A stretch of DNA of 58,098 nucleotides, counting the filler, from Barthelona sp. PAP020 (Eukaryota): NCBI GenBank assembly GCA_040182905.1. It is 3 parts of 3 records of this genome, joined end to end, with 100 filler letters (N's around TTAATTAATTAA, not from the genome) between each part and the next. Parts side by side here need not be neighbours in the genome. Positions count along the whole stretch, not along the records: positions 38,821 to 58,098 come from JARQWU010000211.1; 2 more parts are not named here. The stretch is one strand, 5' to 3'. The translations under genes were made by a program, and so were the position numbers. This document shows, one piece after another, positions 52,512-58,098 of this stretch. Under the pieces are notes generated by a model. It searched no databases and was not told the DNA's origin. It worked only from the letters and a program-made list of their open reading frames with translations. Every line of letters starts with the position of its first letter. Position 1 is the first letter of the stretch.

Positions 52512-53297
52512 ATGTCATATTTGCCACATATTACGAAACGTTTTAAGATAGCTTCTGTTGCTGGTGTGGGTACCTCCATTGTTTTTGACAAACTAATTTT
52601 TGATGCAGGATGTAATTTGCAATCTTGTCAAGGGGCAAAATGTATTTTTATTTCTCATTTTCATTTGGATCATGTTTATTGTTTGGGTATGATTATCAAT
52701 CGAATAAGAATTTCGACCAAGACTTATCCAAAGATTTATGTGCCAAAAGCAGACTATGATAATATATTTAATTTTTTATTAGCACAACCATTGCATGATG
52801 ATTCATGGAAAAACAACATATTTTCGGTAACTGGTGGAGATGTTGTTGTTCAGCAGAATCTTAGAATTAATGTCTTCAATGTTTTTCATGATAGACCTGA
52901 TATTAATGAATCCTTAGGATTTTTAGTTGAAAGAAAATGGAAATTCAATGAGTATGAAAAGCTACTATTTTATACTGGCGATACAAATTCTAAAGTATTT
53001 CAAATTCCAGATGTATTTCAGGCAAAAATATTGATTGCCGAATGTACTTACATTAACTCGATGGATAAAGCAGATCTTTGGGGTCATTTAGATTTTCACC
53101 ATTTTGTTGAAAATCATTTGAAGTTTGAAAATGAATACATATTTTTGATTCACGGTTCTTTGAGACTTAAGAATGAAGATTTTAAAAATGCCATAACAAA
53201 TGCACCAACAGAATTGCAAGATAGAGTGAACTTTATCCATCAAAATGGAGTTTTTTCTGTCACTGGAGATATAACAAATAAAAACACCATCTTATGA
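52512..53297 (+). CDS. Metallo-beta-lactamase-fold nuclease, short TM-type tRNase Z-like
   Basis: SVAGVGT, FDAG, FISHFHLDH, YTGDT, IAECTY, WGH, LIH.S.R. Confidence 0.78.
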   Translation: MSYLPHITKRFKIASVAGVGTSIVFDKLIFDAGCNLQSCQGAKCIFISHFHLDHVYCLGMIINRIRISTKTYPKIYVPKADYDNIFNFLLAQPLHDDSWKNNIFSVTGGDVVVQQNLRINVFNVFHDRPDINESLGFLVERKWKFNEYEKLLFYTGDTNSKVFQIPDVFQAKILIAECTYINSMDKADLWGHLDFHHFVENHLKFENEYIFLIHGSLRLKNEDFKNAITNAPTELQDRVNFIHQNGVFSVTGDITNKNTIL

Positions 53298-53329
53298 CAT
53301 ATCACTAATTGTTGAATGTTTATTAATCG

Positions 53330-53506
53330 TCAATTCTTCGTACTTTCATTCGAATTTTGATAGTCCTTATTTCTTTTTGTTGTTGCACAGAATTCAATAC
53401 CCTTTTGTAAATATTCATATATTTTGTTTTTAACAACCAAATTATTAGTATTTGGAGCAAGATATTGTAAATTCTCAACAATTGCTCGCGGGTCTTCAAT
53501 GGTCAT
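53330..53506 (-). CDS. Possible small protein (58 aa), below the ORF-track cutoff
   Basis: MTIEDPRAIVENLQYLAPNTNNLVVKNKIYEYLQKGIEFCATTKRNKDYQNSNESTKN* fills an otherwise long spacer. Confidence 0.4.
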   Translation of the reverse strand: MTIEDPRAIVENLQYLAPNTNNLVVKNKIYEYLQKGIEFCATTKRNKDYQNSNESTKN

Positions 53507-53663
53507 TTTAGAATAGCTCTAAACTAAACAATGTTCTAAAACATAATTCTTTCCATTAATTGGAACTTTTATTGGCTGTTCAAGACTCTTTCAACTTTTT
53601 TTATTTAAAATTTCTTTTTCAATTTCTTTTTTTTTTTTTTTGGGCATTTTTGAAGAATTAACA

Positions 53664-54743
53664 ATGAAACCACCCACTTCAAAAAAAAATAATCAAATTT
53701 ATGATGAGAATTATGAAAATTATTTGGCATCACCATCAAAGAACCAAACTCAAACATCTTCAAAGCAATTTGACAATATTTTAAACGATATTGATTTGCA
53801 AACGATCCTTTCTGAAATAGAGTTGGATGGTCCTATCACTTCGAGTGATTTTAAGTCTACTCATTCCCTGCTAGCCAACAGACCTGTTAGTAGATCAGCA
53901 AGCAGAAGTTATAGCAGTCAAGAACAACGACGAACTCGTTCTTCTTCAACTATGCGAACAAAGAGACCCCAAACAGCGATGTATTCCACACAGAGAAAGA
54001 CCGTATCTTTTGATGGAACTTATCCAACTCGTCCAAGCACGTCTATTTCTTATTCAATGAAAACACCACGTACTGTTCAACGAGAAAAGCAAGCTGTTCG
54101 AAAAATTGTTGGCATTCAACAACGACAGAATAAAGAAGTTCTAACGGCAGCACAAAAAGAAATTGAGGATTTGACATTTTCATTTCGTAAAGAAATTAAC
54201 GAAGCTAACAAAATTTGTCTTGATTATGAATTGGAAAGATATTACGAACTCTGTTTGGCACCTAAAGATCCAAACTTAGGTTTACTATCAATTAACGTGT
54301 ATAATAATTCCAAAAAAGAAATTCTAATTCGAGAAATTTCTTTGAACTACTTTTTCGAAAGGGAAAAACCAGCTTTGGATGGTCAAACCACATCTCATCG
54401 ATTAACTCAACGTAAAAAACAAAGAGAACAAAAAAAGAAAAAATTGATAAAAGAATTAGAAAAAAATATTTCTCCAAATAAAAATAAAGATTCTTCAATG
54501 TCAAGTTCTAACAATAGAAATGAAGTTAAAAGTAACATTAATAGTAGTGGTAGTTTTATCTCGGCAAATATTAATTCAAATGTATCTTTTTCGGAAAGGA
54601 ATTCAAATCCTTTGAAATATCGAGAAAAAATAACTGTACAAACAAAATCATTGATTTTAAAAACTGCACACTTGACAAGTTCTTTAAGAGATTCAATTTC
54701 CATTTTGAAGGAAAGAGGTGGAAATTATTCAGTATTTTCTTGA
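53664..54743 (+). CDS. Hypothetical basic S/T/R-rich protein
   Basis: Long ORF with RPQTA and RPSTS motifs and coiled-coil segments; ATG at 53664. Confidence 0.7.
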   Translation: MKPPTSKKNNQIYDENYENYLASPSKNQTQTSSKQFDNILNDIDLQTILSEIELDGPITSSDFKSTHSLLANRPVSRSASRSYSSQEQRRTRSSSTMRTKRPQTAMYSTQRKTVSFDGTYPTRPSTSISYSMKTPRTVQREKQAVRKIVGIQQRQNKEVLTAAQKEIEDLTFSFRKEINEANKICLDYELERYYELCLAPKDPNLGLLSINVYNNSKKEILIREISLNYFFEREKPALDGQTTSHRLTQRKKQREQKKKKLIKELEKNISPNKNKDSSMSSSNNRNEVKSNINSSGSFISANINSNVSFSERNSNPLKYREKITVQTKSLILKTAHLTSSLRDSISILKERGGNYSVFS

Positions 54744-55093
54744 AACAAATACTTAACCATGTAATAGTTGATACTGAACTCCAGAAACCCTACATATAAT
54801 TATTTTACATAAATTTTTTGTACTCTGATTGTTCTTCATTTTAAATCCCGTGATAATGTTTAATTGTCCTTCGAAAGAAACCTACAGTAAAATACCTGAT
54901 TGTAAAACTTCAATTGGAAAATAGTGAAAAAAAAATGAACTCTGTCTTAGAAATAAAAGAAATGACAGCATATAGTTTTCTCTATAGTCCTTCTTTATAT
55001 TAATTAAAAAACAAATGATAATAGATAAAATTCAAAGTCTTATGGATTTTTTATATGAATGATGTTTTTCAATGATAATTACGATTATTTTCA

Positions 55094-57577
55094 ATGAAAT
55101 ATGATATTAAAAAGAAATTGTATAAAATATATTCAGTAGTCTATGATTTAAATGAATTTGTTGAAAAATATTTATCAATTAAAGTTTATTGTCTTAAAAA
55201 TTTGTCTTTTAACCCTAAAAAAGTATTAATATGTTCCACTAATGATCAAACGAATTCGTTTGAAATGTTTAAAAGATTGCAAAATTTAAGTGATTGGAAT
55301 ATTTCTTCTAAAGATGAAAACCTTCCTTTGACTGATTTTCTTTGTTATTGTAGACAACGAATAATCAATAATAACAATATTTTAAAATATTTTCAAGCAC
55401 CAAATTATGATATTATTGAAGAAATGATTAAAGTTTTTGGTGGTGATTTTGTTGCGTATTTATTAATTAATTTAAGCGTTTATGTAAACGAAAAAGATTG
55501 TTTCTTGCAAATTAGTGGTTTACCTATGTATCCTTCTTTTAAGAATCGGAAAAAAGACACAATAATTGCACCTAATTGTATTTTGTACTCCCATGTAAGT
55601 TCCACTGGTTATTTTTATCAACTTTTGAAGAATTTTCATGAAAAATATTATTTTTCGAAACCATTAAAAAGTTTTGAAAGCGTTTTAAAATTAATAAGAA
55701 TTTTTTTAGCTTCTTATTGTGGGATACCTTCACACTATCAAAAATTTGACTTGGCAGCATTGTTGAAATTGACTTTAACCAAATCTCAAGTTTATAATTT
55801 CAGTTATCATTTGATTGATAAACTATTTTCCAAGTATTTAGGATCAAATCGTCTTAAACGAAATTTTTTTAAATGTTGTAAGAATTTTTTATTGTTGGAA
55901 GATTCAAAACAACCAAGAAATACATCCGTATTTTTAAATCAAAAGTTTGATGATCAAATAGTTTTTGATTTGCTTAAAGTTTTTTTGACAATCATTAAAA
56001 CTTTCTTCTATGTGACTGAAATATCTGAAGATTCAAATTGTTATGTGTATTATAGAAAGCAAACATGGTTAGAAATTGAAAAAAAAAGTATGATGGGATT
56101 AACTTTTCTCACCCCTATCAATTTGATGAATTCAAATTCAAGTTGTGCAAAATTGAGGTTGATTCCAAAAAAATTTGAAAATGTTCGTGGATTATTGAAT
56201 TGTTCATATCCTTCAAATTTAAATAAACAGCTTAAACAATCTTATTATGTCTTAAAGTCAAAACGAAAAGAAAATTCAAAAAGGCAAATATACTATCGTT
56301 TGATTAAAAGTAATTTTTGTTCCTCTTCTTTCAATCAAAACGAAAATCAAAATCGAAATGAAATATTTTATTTGTCATTTGATATAAAATCTTGTTATGA
56401 TAATTTGAGTCAAAAAAAAATATTTTCAATTTTACAAAAAATTTTTCAAAACAATTCATATATTTTGAAAACTTTTTACAATATTCATACGAATCGATTT
56501 ATTAAAAGTATAACTGTTCCCACAACAATAAACAAATCTATTTTGGTGCCCATTAATCAATCAAAAGTTATTTCAGGAAACCAATGTCTTACTGAATTGC
56601 ATAAATTGTTATTTTCAACAATCATTTCTTTCAATAATAAAAAATTTTTACAAACAAAAGGAATTCCACAAGGTACAATAATTTCCAATTTTTTATGCAA
56701 TTTGATTATGGATAATCTTGAAGAATTATATTGGAAACACCTAAATACTGAACAATTTTTATGTCTAAGATACGTAGATGATTTCTTATTGTTTACAAAA
56801 TCAAAACAACAATTGCAAGCATTTTTTCATCTTGTTATCAAAGGATTTTTGGATTTTGGTGTTTATATTAATTTGAATAAGATTGCCACAAATTTCTTTT
56901 CCAATAATCAAAATATAAATACCTTTCATTCAATCAAATTCTTGGGTATGAATATCACATTTGATAAAAACAACATAAGTATTCGGTATCCTTCTTTCAA
57001 TCCAGTAAAATCTTTTGACAGCAAAAATAATTTTTTCAATAGATTTTATTGGAAAATCAAATCCAAATTAGATTGGTTTTTCTTTGATTTAAACATCAAT
57101 CCAAGAGAAATCATAATATTGAATTGTTTTAATTTGTGTTTGTTCACAACCCAAATACTAAAATCAACTTTTAAAAATTGTAAATATAAAAAAATATTGG
57201 CAATTAACAGAAAATCATCAAACATAATGTGGAATTACCTGATCAGTCATTTCAATCACCCATTTTGTTCAAAATGTAACTCAAAACTAGGTTTAGACAA
57301 AAATGAGTTCTTTATTATCTATAATCTTGCAGCATATCAAACTTATAGGTCAAAGATTTTCTATTATTACACTTTTAAATATGATTCTTTGATAAATGTT
57401 ACCGAAATTCAATCAAATATCAATCCATTCATTAATTCAAAAATATTTCAACCAAATATTAAAAACTCTTCGCTTATTCACACTGAATTAAAAAAAAATC
57501 GTTTTGAACGAATTCATTTTACTCCAAATAGCTCATTGAGTTCAACAGATTTAAAAAAAGATCCACATTTATCATAA
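55094..57577 (+). CDS. TERT: Telomerase reverse transcriptase, 827 aa
   Basis: GQ motif (VFGGDFVAYLL...FLQISGLP), QFP-like QVYNF...LGS, T motif FFYVTE..YYRK..W, motif 1 LRLIPKK, motif 2 VRGLLN, A FDIKSCYDNL, B' QTKGIPQG..IS..LC, C LRYVDDFL, D GVYIN..K, E KFLG. Confidence 0.96.
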   Translation: MKYDIKKKLYKIYSVVYDLNEFVEKYLSIKVYCLKNLSFNPKKVLICSTNDQTNSFEMFKRLQNLSDWNISSKDENLPLTDFLCYCRQRIINNNNILKYFQAPNYDIIEEMIKVFGGDFVAYLLINLSVYVNEKDCFLQISGLPMYPSFKNRKKDTIIAPNCILYSHVSSTGYFYQLLKNFHEKYYFSKPLKSFESVLKLIRIFLASYCGIPSHYQKFDLAALLKLTLTKSQVYNFSYHLIDKLFSKYLGSNRLKRNFFKCCKNFLLLEDSKQPRNTSVFLNQKFDDQIVFDLLKVFLTIIKTFFYVTEISEDSNCYVYYRKQTWLEIEKKSMMGLTFLTPINLMNSNSSCAKLRLIPKKFENVRGLLNCSYPSNLNKQLKQSYYVLKSKRKENSKRQIYYRLIKSNFCSSSFNQNENQNRNEIFYLSFDIKSCYDNLSQKKIFSILQKIFQNNSYILKTFYNIHTNRFIKSITVPTTINKSILVPINQSKVISGNQCLTELHKLLFSTIISFNNKKFLQTKGIPQGTIISNFLCNLIMDNLEELYWKHLNTEQFLCLRYVDDFLLFTKSKQQLQAFFHLVIKGFLDFGVYINLNKIATNFFSNNQNINTFHSIKFLGMNITFDKNNISIRYPSFNPVKSFDSKNNFFNRFYWKIKSKLDWFFFDLNINPREIIILNCFNLCLFTTQILKSTFKNCKYKKILAINRKSSNIMWNYLISHFNHPFCSKCNSKLGLDKNEFFIIYNLAAYQTYRSKIFYYYTFKYDSLINVTEIQSNINPFINSKIFQPNIKNSSLIHTELKKNRFERIHFTPNSSLSSTDLKKDPHLS

Positions 57578-57627
57578 ATTCATTTCAATATTTCTTTTGA
57601 CAAAATAAAAATTTAAAGACGAAGATT

Positions 57628-57658
57628 CGGAAAATCCAAAAATTTTCTGGATTTTCCG
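57628..57658. repeat. Inverted repeat (11-bp stem) 50 nt downstream of the TERT stop
   Basis: CGGAAAATCCA-9 nt-TGGATTTTCCG; outer CGAAGA (57620)/TCTTCG (57667) can also pair. Confidence 0.7.
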
Positions 57659-57780
57659 TTTTGCTTTCTTCGAACACTTTCAAAGCTTAGATTTTTTGAT
57701 AGCTAATTGTATTAATTTACATTTATTTTACCTTATTTATTCGCAATTTATTTTAATTCTGTAATAGTTATTCAATTAAA

Positions 57781-58098
57781 ATGCGAAATTTATCAATTTA
57801 TTTATTATTTGGTATTGTATCTACTCTATTTTTATTAAAAACAACGAAAGCTTATGAAGAATGTTATTTTACTCGAGATATGGTATATGAGCCTTTGAAT
57901 GTATCACTTCCATATTGGGAATGTGGTACAATTCCTTCGGTCAACCATGATGTTATATTTTATCGAGCAATTGGTTTTTCTGATGTGAATGTTGTTGTAC
58001 ATGATATTCACTTGATTGATAGTCATCTTCGAATTGATTCATCAACATATACTGCCATGGGAGATGTTTATTTAACAGCAGAAATGGATTATACAAAT
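57781..58098 (+). CDS. 5' part of a secreted or surface protein, truncated by window end
   Basis: MRNLSIYLLFWYCISTLFLLKTTKA signal peptide; W.CGTIP...HDVIF motif; frame open to the end. Confidence 0.65.
   Translation, partial: MRNLSIYLLFGIVSTLFLLKTTKAYEECYFTRDMVYEPLNVSLPYWECGTIPSVNHDVIFYRAIGFSDVNVVVHDIHLIDSHLRIDSSTYTAMGDVYLTAEMDYTN

Noticed and set aside
54753..54971. Minus-strand small gene with a 14-nt GTATT...AG intron, and AGAAACC(C)TACA repeated upstream of TERT
   Set aside because: The putative intron has no ACTAAC and shifts the frame; the repeat is too short to interpret

Overview
AT-rich, gene-dense, intron-poor eukaryotic DNA from a flagellated protist (IFT56, centrin, NEK, FAM221A). 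It uses the standard code: TAA, TAG and TGA all terminate genes. The window is three separate ~19.3 kb contigs (1-19314, 19415-38720, 38821-58098) joined by artificial N44-TTAATTAATTAA-N44 linkers, so there is no real synteny across them. Contig 1 carries a 5716-aa non-canonical midasin-like protein (six AAA+ modules, three degenerate vWA domains), an N-acylated inositol 5-phosphatase, a ~150-bp LSU rRNA fragment between 22-bp direct repeats, and the 3' end of a DMC1/RAD51 gene. Contig 2 carries a FAN-like BEACH protein, a secreted LRR protein, a divergent Rab, IFT56, a small OB-fold protein, a HECT E3, ARP4, an MPHOSPH9-like coiled-coil protein, a NEK kinase (one intron) and a partial PP2A B55. 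Contig 3 starts with a repeat-rich, decayed region. It then carries a securin candidate, FAM177, a FYV7-like protein, IMP4, FAM221A, an AIR-like zinc-knuckle protein, RNF212/Zip3 (RING exon missed by the ORF track), centrin-3, an armless RNase Z-like hydrolase and a compact intronless TERT. The two introns are 39 and 43 nt, start with GTATT and have ACTAAC fused to the 3' AG, which is reminiscent of metamonads (tentative). All family calls come from motif recognition by eye, not database searches.
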